22,976 nt of DNA, taken from positions 1-22,976 of the forward strand of contig CAZJUB010000008.1 of the NCBI GenBank assembly GCA_964549075.1, in the 5' to 3' direction. How positions within the stretch are numbered: position 1 is the stretch's first letter; each line of letters opens with the position of its first letter. The translations under genes were made by a program, and so were the position numbers. Below, in pieces: positions 1 through 9,330 of the stretch. The DNA is from an uncultured archaeon (lineage in GTDB: Archaea; Asgardarchaeota; Heimdallarchaeia; Heimdallarchaeales; Heimdallarchaeaceae). The notes beneath the pieces were generated by a model. That model was not told where the DNA came from. It worked only from the letters and a program-made list of their open reading frames with translations, and did no database searches.

Positions 1-575
1 ATACCTAAAACAAAAATTGTTCTCATTATATTTATTATTGCAAGTAACAGAAAAAACACACTAAAAACAATTCTTGGTATCATATCGTTATAATTTGAAA
101 CTCCTACTGATATAGCGGTTATCTCCCCCACCGAAGTTTCGAACAAACTTGTCAAAGAATTTTGAGGTTTAGAAATCAAGAGAATTTTATCCGCTAACCA
201 ACTAAATGGTAAGAAACCAACTAGAAATCCACTAACAAATATGGGAATTCCAGTAAAAGTGTATTTAACAGATTTTTGAAAAGCTGTTCTCTTATCTTGA
301 GCAATGAATCTATCTCTTTTCCTCCACACCACATGAACAATTGTCAACCCACCTAACATAGCAAAAAATGAACCTATAAATGGGAGATATGGTTCAACAA
401 CAGATAGCCATGTTACACTTGGGAAGAATCTAGGTAACATATTAAATAAAAATAAGACAATAATTGTTCCAAGCGAAATAAGTATAACTTGAAGTAAGTA
501 GAGTTTAAGAATAAAGTTAGGTTTATCTGGTAAATGTTCAAGCATTTCTCTTTTTCCCGTTAGTTGCATAAGCAT
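1..575 (-). CDS. Partial multi-pass membrane protein, possibly isoprenylcysteine carboxyl methyltransferase/PEMT-like family (runs off window edge)
   Basis: Not in ORF track. Manual translation from ATG 575 (or 569) is open to position 1: MLMQLTGKREMLEHLPDKPNFILKLYLLQVILISLGTIIVLFLFNMLPRFF...RIVFSVFFLLLAIINIMRTIFVLG, with about 4 hydrophobic segments. The family guess rests on overall resemblance; the catalytic C-terminus would lie outside the window. Confidence 0.6.
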   Translation of the reverse strand, partial: MLMQLTGKREMLEHLPDKPNFILKLYLLQVILISLGTIIVLFLFNMLPRFFPSVTWLSVVEPYLPFIGSFFAMLGGLTIVHVVWRKRDRFIAQDKRTAFQKSVKYTFTGIPIFVSGFLVGFLPFSWLADKILLISKPQNSLTSLFETSVGEITAISVGVSNYNDMIPRIVFSVFFLLLAIINIMRTIFVLG

Positions 576-668
576 CACATAATACAGCTATTTACCTAAC
601 TTGCTCTTAAGATTTTAAGAAATTTTGTTCAAGTCCAAAACAATATAAAAAACAAACAAAAAATCAAA

Positions 669-1466
669 GTGATACAAATGGATAATATGAAGGAGTTGCC
701 ATTAAAATTGGAACAAATAATAGAAAAGAGTCTTTGGGAAAACAAAACATTCGGACATTCAGGAACACATGTATTCAAACTAACTAAAAATCAAAAAACT
801 ATGTATCTAAAGATAAATCAGATTAGCTCAGAATTTAATCTTGAAAAAGAGAAAGTAATTCTTGAGTGGTTATCTGGAAAATTGCCTGTACCCTCAGTTA
901 TCTTCTTTGACATTAAGAATGAAACAGAATATCTTTTGATATCAGAAATACCAGGCAGATGTTCTCACACTTTTGAAAAAGATACTGAAAGAGTAAGAAA
1001 TATTGAGATTTTAGCTGCTGGCCTTCAACAGATACACTCAATTGATATCAAGAATTGTCCATTAAATAACAATCCAGATATGCTACTACAACTAGCAAAA
1101 TTACGATTGAAAAGTGGAGGAATTAATCCAAAACAATTTGATAATAGATGGCAAGATAAGAATCCGATGGAATTTTTAAATGAGGTTTTAAAACTCAAAC
1201 CAACAAAATATGATCTGGTTTTCTCTCACGGAGACTACTGTCTTCCCAATGTACTAATAAATAATAAACAACTAGGTGGATTTATCGATTGGTCATATGG
1301 AGGCATAAATGATAGGTATTTTGATTTTGCTGCTGTTGCATGGAGTATTGGATATAATTATGGGGAGGAATATATTCTGTTATTCTTTGAGAAATATGGT
1401 TTAGATAATGTCGACTGGGACAGAATTAAATTTTTTCAGATGCTGAACGAATTTTTTCAACAATAA
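669..1466 (+). CDS. Aminoglycoside 3'-phosphotransferase (APH(3'))-family kinase
   Basis: GHSGTHVFKL, YLK (ATP-binding Lys), catalytic HGDYCLPNV, GFIDW, DRYFD and C-terminal LNEFF all match APH(3'). Start is GTG 669 or ATG 678/687; TATA-like AATATAAAAA about 20 nt upstream. Confidence 0.85.
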   Translation: MIQMDNMKELPLKLEQIIEKSLWENKTFGHSGTHVFKLTKNQKTMYLKINQISSEFNLEKEKVILEWLSGKLPVPSVIFFDIKNETEYLLISEIPGRCSHTFEKDTERVRNIEILAAGLQQIHSIDIKNCPLNNNPDMLLQLAKLRLKSGGINPKQFDNRWQDKNPMEFLNEVLKLKPTKYDLVFSHGDYCLPNVLINNKQLGGFIDWSYGGINDRYFDFAAVAWSIGYNYGEEYILLFFEKYGLDNVDWDRIKFFQMLNEFFQQ

Positions 1467-1514
1467 AAGTTTCAAGACAATTACATTTATTTGATACCTT
1501 GAAAATCTTTCATC

Positions 1515-3128
1515 ATGAGTTTACGTTTTAACAGCTATCGGGCACCAGTTTATGGGAGAAGAGGGATAGTTGCATCTAGCCAACCTTTAGCCTCTGAAGC
1601 AGGAATGAGAATACTACAAAAAGGGGGGAATGCTGCTGATGCTGCTGTAGCTACAGCTGCAGCACTCAATGTAACTGAACCTTGTTCAACTGGAATAGGT
1701 GGAGATTGTTTCTGCTTATTCTTTAATAACGAAACAAAAAAAGTATCAGGTTTGAACGGAAGTGGGAGAGCGCCTAATGATCTTAATCTTGATGTTCTTA
1801 AAGATCAAGGAATCGTAGGTACATTACCTCCACTTAGCATTCACACAATTACGGTTCCAGGAGCTGCTGCTGGTTGGGTTGACACCATAATGAAGTTTGG
1901 AACTATGAAATTAGAAGAAATCCTACAACCGGCGATTGAACTTGCCGAAGGAGGATTTCCCGTATCACCTTTTACTGCCCTTGCTTGGAATAGGAGTGAA
2001 ACTTTAATTAAGAAGGGCCCTTATGGAGAAGAGATTCTTATAAATGGTAGAGCTCCACAAGAAGGACAAATAATGAAAAATCCAACTCTCGCTCAAACTT
2101 TTAGAGCTTTAGCAGAGTATGGGAAAAGTGGTTTCTATGAGGGACGTATTGCTAATGCTATAATCGATTTAATCCAATCAATGGGAGGAGTTATGTCTTT
2201 GAATGATCTTAAAAATCATCATTCTACTTTTGACAATCCCATTTCAACCAACTACAGAGGTGTTGACGTATTTGAAATCCCTCCGAATGGACAAGGAATA
2301 ACAGCATTAATTGGGCTTAATATTCTAGAAGAATTTGATATAACTAATATGAAACATTCATCTGTTGAACATCTACATGTCATGATTGAAGCCATGAGGA
2401 TTGCATTTGCTGATACGAGATGGTATGTTGCAGATCCAGCAACAACAGAAGTACCTATTCAAAAGTTGATATCAAAATCATATGCAGAAGAAAGAAGAAA
2501 ACTAATTAATCTCGCAAAAGCTACAGTTGATGTTCAGAAAGGTTCGCCTTTTGCTGGTTCTGATACAGCTTATTTCTCAGTTGTAGATGGAGAAGGTAAT
2601 GCCTGTAGTTTCATTAATTCAAATTATATGGGATTTGGAACTGGATTAGTTCCTAAAGGTTGTGGATTCACTTTACAAAATAGAGGTGCGAATTTTACAT
2701 TAAATCCTAATCATCCGAATGTTCTTGAACCAAACAAAAGACCATATCATACCATTATTCCTGGAATGGCAACTAAAGAAGGAGAGCTCTATGCTAGTTT
2801 TGGCGTAATGGGAGGTTTCAATCAACCTCAAGGACATGTACAAGTTATGTTAAATATGATAGATTTTGGAATGAATCCTCAAGAAGCACTGAATGCGCCA
2901 AGGTTCTGTATAAGAGATGGTACAGGTGGGGGAAAAGTTGCTTTAGAAGAAGGAATAGAAGTAGAAACAATGAGCACACTAAGTAGAATGGGTCATGAGA
3001 TTATTCCTACTTCTGGCGTTGCAAGAAGTATATTTGGAAGAGGACAAATAATAACAAGAAATCCAAAAACTGGTGTCTTATGTGGGGGATCTAGCCCCCG
3101 AGCTGATGGACTTGCAATTGGTTGGTAA
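1515..3128 (+). CDS. ggt: Gamma-glutamyltransferase family Ntn hydrolase (cytoplasmic YwrD/HpxW-like type)
   Basis: GGNAADAAVA, TGIGGDCF, TVPGAAAGW, PPNGQG, nucleophile Thr in DTAYFSVVDGEGN, LQNRG, KRPYHTIIP, GVMGGFNQPQGH; no signal peptide. Confidence 0.93.
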   Translation: MSLRFNSYRAPVYGRRGIVASSQPLASEAGMRILQKGGNAADAAVATAAALNVTEPCSTGIGGDCFCLFFNNETKKVSGLNGSGRAPNDLNLDVLKDQGIVGTLPPLSIHTITVPGAAAGWVDTIMKFGTMKLEEILQPAIELAEGGFPVSPFTALAWNRSETLIKKGPYGEEILINGRAPQEGQIMKNPTLAQTFRALAEYGKSGFYEGRIANAIIDLIQSMGGVMSLNDLKNHHSTFDNPISTNYRGVDVFEIPPNGQGITALIGLNILEEFDITNMKHSSVEHLHVMIEAMRIAFADTRWYVADPATTEVPIQKLISKSYAEERRKLINLAKATVDVQKGSPFAGSDTAYFSVVDGEGNACSFINSNYMGFGTGLVPKGCGFTLQNRGANFTLNPNHPNVLEPNKRPYHTIIPGMATKEGELYASFGVMGGFNQPQGHVQVMLNMIDFGMNPQEALNAPRFCIRDGTGGGKVALEEGIEVETMSTLSRMGHEIIPTSGVARSIFGRGQIITRNPKTGVLCGGSSPRADGLAIGW

Positions 3129-3131
3129 AAG

Positions 3132-4565
3132 TTAATGTGAGAAAATTAATGATTTTACTACTACAGGAACTACTTGACCTCCCACTTTAGGTTTATCGAT
3201 ATCAATAAAATCTCCTTCCTCAACATTTATTTCATCTACAGATATGATGTTCTCTCTAGCTTCAGTTTCTCTTTTCATTACGTTACCTACAGAATTACCA
3301 ATATCTCTGTCGAAAATCATTATAATAGGGAGCGAGCTTTCAATAGTATTGGGAATTGCACTTACAACTCCTTTTACAAAAGTGGTTAAACCTGCATAGG
3401 AACCTCCAATTGCGCCTTTAAAAGAAAGTGCAACAGAGTGTTCTCCTTCAACCACATCAAAAAGGTTGAAACTTTTTAGTATAGCTTTTTTCACACTTTC
3501 AGATGTAATATTTTTAGTATCTAATTTGGGCTCTAATACAGGTATATTATGAATAGGGAGTATCTCAGTATCAGAAATATGAGTTGTTACTCCTGACACT
3601 TGTAAGGTATACTGTCCTGCCCCTATAACTGTAGCGCGTATCATTTCTTGTGGTTCATGTAATTGGATTTTCTGTGTTTTTACGATTTTCCTAATTTCTT
3701 CGCCAAGATATTTTCCCAAATCCCCAAATTCCTCATCGGTTTTATTGTAAATATATTCAGCGACACCACCTGAAAAAATCATCTCGTCAATTTTGCCTTC
3801 ATACTCAATAGGATTAGTCATAAGAAGTTTTCGTGCTACTTCTGTTTTGATACTTTTATTCAGTACTTCAAACAAACTTTCCGCAAGAATCTTAGAAATA
3901 GTTTTCTTTTGATCTTCTGTGATAACCATATCATAATCAAATTTTACACCAATCTTTTCTTCTAAATTTCTTATCGGAGCTTCAATTCTAATAATTCTGT
4001 TCTCTCTATCAAAGGCTATTAATCGACCACCAACATTGACACATGCTGCATCTATTATATCGCCATCTTTAGCGATAGCGATATTAGAAGTACCGCCCCC
4101 TATATCTATATTAATAACTGTTTTCTTCGATTCTTTTGAATAAAGAGCTGCTCCAGAACCCATGGCAGCAATAACTGATTCAAAATTTGGACCAGCTGCA
4201 GCACACACAAATTTTCCTGCTTTGTGAGCAAGAGATTTAACTAATTCTTCAGCATTCTCTTTTTTCGCACTTTCACCTGTAATTATAACTGCGCCTGTAT
4301 CAATATCATCAATGGAAACATTTGCTCTATTATATTCGTCTTTTATGAATTCAACTAGATTTAGATAATCGATGTTTGACCCATCAATTAGTGGAGTTAA
4401 CATTATACGACTCTTATACAGAATTTCCCTTTCCGTTACTTCAAATTTAACACCTCTTTGTGTAAATACTTTCTCAAGTTTTAGTTTTGAAAAAATCAGA
4501 TGAGATGTAGTGGTTCCAACATCAATTCCGCAGCTGGTCAATGTTAAAGTGTGTTCTTCAGTCAT
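3132..4565 (-). CDS. eutA: Ethanolamine ammonia-lyase reactivating factor EutA family (ASKHA ATPase)
   Basis: GIDVGTTTSHLIFS, IDTGAVIITGESAKKENA, FVCAAAGPNFESVIAAMGSGA, NIDIGGGTSN, FSGGVAEYIY, IRATVIGAG, C-terminal VPVVVKSLIF. Confidence 0.88.
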   Translation of the reverse strand: MTEEHTLTLTSCGIDVGTTTSHLIFSKLKLEKVFTQRGVKFEVTEREILYKSRIMLTPLIDGSNIDYLNLVEFIKDEYNRANVSIDDIDTGAVIITGESAKKENAEELVKSLAHKAGKFVCAAAGPNFESVIAAMGSGAALYSKESKKTVINIDIGGGTSNIAIAKDGDIIDAACVNVGGRLIAFDRENRIIRIEAPIRNLEEKIGVKFDYDMVITEDQKKTISKILAESLFEVLNKSIKTEVARKLLMTNPIEYEGKIDEMIFSGGVAEYIYNKTDEEFGDLGKYLGEEIRKIVKTQKIQLHEPQEMIRATVIGAGQYTLQVSGVTTHISDTEILPIHNIPVLEPKLDTKNITSESVKKAILKSFNLFDVVEGEHSVALSFKGAIGGSYAGLTTFVKGVVSAIPNTIESSLPIIMIFDRDIGNSVGNVMKRETEARENIISVDEINVEEGDFIDIDKPKVGGQVVPVVVKSLIFSH

Positions 4566-4706
4566 ATTTAATCCTCAAAGCACTACAATCTTCAAAAAAT
4601 CATACACTTAAAGCATTTTGGTTGAAGCATTTCTTTTAACGTAAGTTTTTCATCATGGAGAGAAAAGATTTAAAATGTTTATTGTAAAGAGCAAAATGAA
4701 ACCATT

Positions 4707-5693
4707 ATGGCATCCAATGGAACAAAAGTTAAAGAAAAAAGTATTCAGACAACAGAATTAGGTCCCAGAACACAAAAGGAAGTTTGGCGAGATTGGTCTC
4801 TAGCATCTTTAAAATATGTTTTTAAGAAGATAAACTCACCTTTTGGAATTTACCTTTTGAGTACTTGGTTCATCAGTTTTCTAATAATGGGAATAACAAA
4901 TACTTTGAGAGGAGGAAAATTCTTTGAAGGACCAAGCTACTGGATAGATGTTTTTCTAACTTATGGTCTGAACAGTGGTCAAGATTCTACACTTCGATTT
5001 GTAGCAAAACCATTTTTAGTCTGGTTTTTTGCCCCAATGGTTGTACTGATACTTGGATGGGGATTGTTTCTCTTAGCAGATAGTGGTTTCTTAAGAAATG
5101 GTGCATTACCAGTTGCAGAGAGGGATTTTAACGAATTACAAAGATTCTTCAGCTATGATAATATTTGGGGACAAAAATTAATCAACCCAGCAAGACCTAA
5201 ATGGACACAAACCTACATCTGGTTAGTTTTCATGCCTATTCTCCTCGGTGCTACGGTGTCAGGCTTTTACAATTTTATTGTGTTTAAGAAAATTAAGAAA
5301 ACCAGATATCTTCCAAAAGCTGGAAAGTTCTTAACAGTAATTGCCATAAGTTGTCTGATTATAGGAGTTGAAATGGCTCTTATGACTGGGAATATAACCT
5401 TGGATTTTATTGGTTTATTCTATTCTTTGTTTGTGGATAGAACGCTTAACAAATTTATCATATATGGTACGCAATATACAATAGCAGGCGGTAAAGTACA
5501 TCCAGGACAATACCACCCAATTGGAGTTGGTTTAACGATGTGGTTACTTTACATCGTTCCTTTCTTGGTAACCTATGGTATATTCTTGATAATTGGAAAT
5601 CTTGATAATTTGTGGAAAAACAAAGATTTTGCTTATAGATGGGTTAAGAATTTCATTGTTTCAAGGAGAGAACCAGATCTTAGACTAGACTAA
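4707..5693 (+). CDS. Hypothetical multi-pass membrane protein
   Basis: 328-aa ORF with about 5-6 hydrophobic helices; TATA-like TTTAAAA near 4669; no family recognised. Confidence 0.75.
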   Translation: MASNGTKVKEKSIQTTELGPRTQKEVWRDWSLASLKYVFKKINSPFGIYLLSTWFISFLIMGITNTLRGGKFFEGPSYWIDVFLTYGLNSGQDSTLRFVAKPFLVWFFAPMVVLILGWGLFLLADSGFLRNGALPVAERDFNELQRFFSYDNIWGQKLINPARPKWTQTYIWLVFMPILLGATVSGFYNFIVFKKIKKTRYLPKAGKFLTVIAISCLIIGVEMALMTGNITLDFIGLFYSLFVDRTLNKFIIYGTQYTIAGGKVHPGQYHPIGVGLTMWLLYIVPFLVTYGIFLIIGNLDNLWKNKDFAYRWVKNFIVSRREPDLRLD

Positions 5694-5695
5694 TG

Positions 5696-5730
5696 TGAGA
5701 GTAAAAAAACTCTTATCATTTTTTATCTTT
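5696..5730 (+). terminator. Hairpin plus T-tract terminator
   Basis: TGAGAGT-AAAAAA-ACTCTTA (one G-U pair) immediately after the stop at 5693, followed by TCATTTTTTATCTTT. Confidence 0.5.
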
Positions 5731-5834
5731 GTTAATAGTTGTTTGTTTAGAAAAATATGAGATAAAATAATTTTCTCAGATTTAGATAGATGAACAATTT
5801 TATTAGTGTTCAAAATAAGAGAGTATCGTTAAGA

Positions 5835-6866
5835 ATGGCTACTACTTCGCAATCTCCTCAAGAAAATCTATCCATCAATGATGAAAACGAAGACATACCA
5901 TTATTATTAGCTGAAGATGTTATCAAAATTTATCAAACAGGTAAAATTGAAACACAAGCTCTTAGAGGTGTATCTTTTAAGGTTTATCCAAGAGAGAAAG
6001 TGTTTCTTATTGGACCAAGTGGTTCTGGTAAAACTACACTAGTAAATACAGTCGCTGGGATAATAAAACCAACATCTGGCAAAGTATTTTGGAAAGACTT
6101 GTCTAAAGACATTACAAAATCTACACTGGAGGAGATAATTAAAGCAAGACGTTCTTTCGCTGGTGTGATATTCCAAGATAGTAGATTACTTTCACATTTG
6201 ACTGTAAAGGAGAACATTGAACTAGCAGGTCATTATGCTGGAATTAATCCAAAGGTAATAAAACAAAGAACTGATTTTCTTCTAAGATTTCTAAATATAT
6301 GGGAAAAACGCGATAAAAGAGAAGATACTTTATCTGGTGGGGAGAAAAAACGTGCAGCAATCGCCACATCATTAATCACTAATCCACGTATTTTAATTGG
6401 TGACGAACCTACAGGAGATTTAGACATTGTAACAGCAGAAAACATACTTGATCTATTTGACAGGATCAATAAGGAACTTGGTATTGCTCTCTGTATTGTA
6501 ACTCATTCTCAACAAGTAGCTTCTAGAGCAGATAGAATACTGGAGTTGCGTGATGGTATAATTATAGGTCGTCATGGCAAGGAGATAGTTCTGAGAAATC
6601 TTGAGGAAAGCAGATTACTGGAAATCGACAGACAAGATAGGATTGCAATACCTAAATCTATCTTAAATGTGGTTAATGATCCTAAACATTTTGCTATTTC
6701 GACAAAAGGCAAAAATATAATTCTTACTCCTGTCTTTGACCCAAACCTTTACAATAATGGACAAGAAGTTGTAACTTGCGCAATGTGCGGAAGAAGAGTA
6801 AGTCCGACTGCAAAATTCTGCCCATATTGCTCCGAAACGATTACTCACACAAAGGGTACAAAATGA
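5835..6866 (+). CDS. ABC transporter ATP-binding protein (LolD/MacB-like) with C-terminal AbrB-like hairpin and zinc ribbon
   Basis: Walker A GPSGSGKT, signature LSGGE, Walker B ILIGDEPTG, H-loop VTH; tail EIDRQDRIAIP...KNIILTP and CAMC-x10-CPYC. ATG 5835 preferred over 5790. Confidence 0.88.
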   Translation: MATTSQSPQENLSINDENEDIPLLLAEDVIKIYQTGKIETQALRGVSFKVYPREKVFLIGPSGSGKTTLVNTVAGIIKPTSGKVFWKDLSKDITKSTLEEIIKARRSFAGVIFQDSRLLSHLTVKENIELAGHYAGINPKVIKQRTDFLLRFLNIWEKRDKREDTLSGGEKKRAAIATSLITNPRILIGDEPTGDLDIVTAENILDLFDRINKELGIALCIVTHSQQVASRADRILELRDGIIIGRHGKEIVLRNLEESRLLEIDRQDRIAIPKSILNVVNDPKHFAISTKGKNIILTPVFDPNLYNNGQEVVTCAMCGRRVSPTAKFCPYCSETITHTKGTK

Positions 6867-7327
6867 ATCAGGTAAAGAAACCTTGGCTTGAAAAAGAAGT
6901 TGAAGAAATTGTACAAGACGGAGATAAAGAAAGTACAACTCAAATCATTAAAGTAAATTGGAGTAGAATAATACTTCTTGGATTCCTATCATCTGTAGTA
7001 TTTGTTTTAATAAATGTGTTTATATTTTTGATTTTCTACTTTGGTTTTGGTTCCGAAACCTTAGTTATCTTATATTTTATGCAGTATTTCTTCTTTGGTG
7101 AAGCAGGATTAGTAATCTTCATAGGAGCTTGTCTTGGTAATTTTGGTCAATCAGCTTTTATCTCAAATCTCAAAGAACGATTCATCGGCTCAGATCCTTT
7201 GACACAAGATAGTTTTAGAGAAGCTACTTTCAATTCATTTACTTATTATTTAGGTGGTATATTTTTACTATTTTATGGTTTGGTTCTCTTTGGAATTATA
7301 AGATTAATTGTCTTACTACCTTCATAA
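6863..7327 (+). CDS. Hypothetical membrane protein (about 3 TM)
   Basis: ATG 6863 overlaps the ATPase TGA (ATGA overlap), suggesting translational coupling; preferred over the track's TTG 6776. Three hydrophobic stretches. Confidence 0.75.
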   Translation: MNQVKKPWLEKEVEEIVQDGDKESTTQIIKVNWSRIILLGFLSSVVFVLINVFIFLIFYFGFGSETLVILYFMQYFFFGEAGLVIFIGACLGNFGQSAFISNLKERFIGSDPLTQDSFREATFNSFTYYLGGIFLLFYGLVLFGIIRLIVLLPS

Positions 7328-7473
7328 AAAATGCAGTAAAAATTCTGTTTTAATTTTGTAAATTTTATTCAAAAGGCATGCAGCTTTTAAAATTTCAACT
7401 TGAGAAAATAGAAACAAATTCAGTCCAATTATTAGAATGATAAAAAGCGCCCTAATTATTAAAATCAACACCC

Positions 7474-7556
7474 AAAACACTTATTAACATGTGACACCAC
7501 TTTTTTCTTGCTTCCACTAGCATGCAAAACATATGGTGGAATTTTGAAAAGGTGAA
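7474..7556 (+). promoter_or_regulatory. Putative BRE/TATA, 5'-UTR hairpin and Shine-Dalgarno for the SBP gene
   Basis: AAAACACTTATTAA at about 7474-7487; stem TTCCACTA/TGGTGGAA at 7512-7541; GGTGA at 7551-7555, 8 nt before ATG 7564. Confidence 0.45.
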
Positions 7557-7563
7557 TAAAATA

Positions 7564-9330
7564 ATGAACAAAAAAGCACTTTTAGGCGCAAGCCTACTAT
7601 TTCTGTTTGCTTTATCAGCTTTCATTGGGCAAGTACAAGCCCAAGATACTGAAGTAGCAGAAGTATTTTCATTGAACTTACTATCACCAAACACAAGTGC
7701 CGCAAGAAATCAATGGTCACTACTTATGGAAAATCAATTACCAAAAATTGGTATTGGTGTAGACTTCCATGAATCCACTGGATGGGGAAACATTGGTCCA
7801 AGAACCTGGTCCTATCCTTTGATTGACTATGATTATATTCCAACATACGCAGAGGGTGGTTTCGATATACTCTTTGTAGGTTGGTCTTGGGGACTTGATT
7901 GGGATCCAACTGGTCTTTTTGACTCAGGAAGTATAGTTCCTTATGGAGATAACTTCTATCAATACATCAACCCAACTTATGACGGGTTACTGAACGACTA
8001 TCTAACTGAATTAGATCAAGAACAACAGATTCTTTATGGACAACAACTGCAACAAATCCTCTATGAAGATTTACCAAACATTGTCCTAGTCTATCCAAAA
8101 TCCCTCTTTGGTTTCAAGGAAGGACTGACTGGAATTGATCCTCTTCTATTAGGAGCTGGTGTACCACGATATGAATTCTGGGATGATCCAGAAGATCATA
8201 TAATCAAATATGCTATTCCTGCAAATCTTGCAGAATGGAACACATATGTCCAAGAATCATTCTATGATACTTTATGGATGCAAGGAGTTTATGGTGCTCT
8301 ATATCAGAGACAACAAGATTCTCACATATATGAGCCTCAGATTGCTGCAGATTTACCAACTTATACAGATGATTTGATGAGTATGTCTGTAGATATCGAC
8401 CCCTCAGCTACTTTCAGCAATGGAGATCCAGTACTCGCTGAAGATGTTGTATATTCATTACATCTACACATGACACCAGCAGTAGGTTCTTCAAGCTACA
8501 GTTACTTCAACACATGGTTTGCCTCAAATGCATCTGTTTATGCAGCTGATACAGACACAGTTTGCTTCAACATGACAGATGTTAATGCTTTTGCACTAGG
8601 AACAATTTCCTACTCAATTATCGACAAAAGCACTGTTGAACCATTAATCTCCTCATACGGTTACAGTATCTTCAATGAAGTACCTCTAACTGGTAATGTA
8701 GGTGATGGTTTAGTAATGTCCTGTGGTCCTTTCATGTTAGATGACTTTGATTCTGTTAGTAGTACAGTAACACTTGTACCAAATCCAGAATATGGAGGAA
8801 CCGCTCCTTCACTTACTCAATGGATTTTAACATACATATCGGGTAAAGATACAGCTGTCTCTTCATTGATTGCTGGAGATGTTGATATTACTGATGGACA
8901 ATACTTCCCACAGATAGCAGACTTCACTCCATCAGGTGTAGAAGGTGTTCTAGTTAGTGACCCATCTGATCAAGAAATGGCATTGAACATGAGACATCCT
9001 GTCTTTGGTACCGGTGAATTGACACCCGTAGGAACTCCTGAAGCCGCTAAAGATGTAAGAAAAGCTATCAGCCACGCTGTTCCTCGTGATATCATCGTAT
9101 CCCAAATCCTTGAAGGACTTGGTGATCCAGGTGTAACAGTCTGTCCAAACGTAGCAGTATGTTTTGATTCATCACTACAACCATACGCTTATGACATTGA
9201 TACAGCTCTTGACTTTATGGAATTAGCCGGATTTGATGTAAGAGTATCTGCAACTGGAATATCAGGATTGATTTTCTTATCATTCCTAGGTCTTGCTTCA
9301 GTACTAGCATTCAGAAGATTTAGAAAATAA
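7564..9330 (+). CDS. Family 5 (Opp/Dpp-like) ABC solute-binding protein, circularly permuted, with signal peptide and C-terminal membrane anchor
   Basis: Signal peptide MNKKALLGASLLFLFALSAFIGQVQA; SBP_5 motifs ATFSNGDPVLAEDVVYSL, CGPFML, DVRKAISHAVPRD, YDIDTALDFMELAGF, GFDILFVGW; tail GISGLIFLSFLGLASVLAFRRFRK. Confidence 0.85.
   Translation: MNKKALLGASLLFLFALSAFIGQVQAQDTEVAEVFSLNLLSPNTSAARNQWSLLMENQLPKIGIGVDFHESTGWGNIGPRTWSYPLIDYDYIPTYAEGGFDILFVGWSWGLDWDPTGLFDSGSIVPYGDNFYQYINPTYDGLLNDYLTELDQEQQILYGQQLQQILYEDLPNIVLVYPKSLFGFKEGLTGIDPLLLGAGVPRYEFWDDPEDHIIKYAIPANLAEWNTYVQESFYDTLWMQGVYGALYQRQQDSHIYEPQIAADLPTYTDDLMSMSVDIDPSATFSNGDPVLAEDVVYSLHLHMTPAVGSSSYSYFNTWFASNASVYAADTDTVCFNMTDVNAFALGTISYSIIDKSTVEPLISSYGYSIFNEVPLTGNVGDGLVMSCGPFMLDDFDSVSSTVTLVPNPEYGGTAPSLTQWILTYISGKDTAVSSLIAGDVDITDGQYFPQIADFTPSGVEGVLVSDPSDQEMALNMRHPVFGTGELTPVGTPEAAKDVRKAISHAVPRDIIVSQILEGLGDPGVTVCPNVAVCFDSSLQPYAYDIDTALDFMELAGFDVRVSATGISGLIFLSFLGLASVLAFRRFRK

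Noticed and set aside
605-620. TCTTAA-gatt-TTAAGA inverted repeat in the first divergent promoter
   Set aside because: 6-bp AT-rich arms are expected by chance at this base composition.
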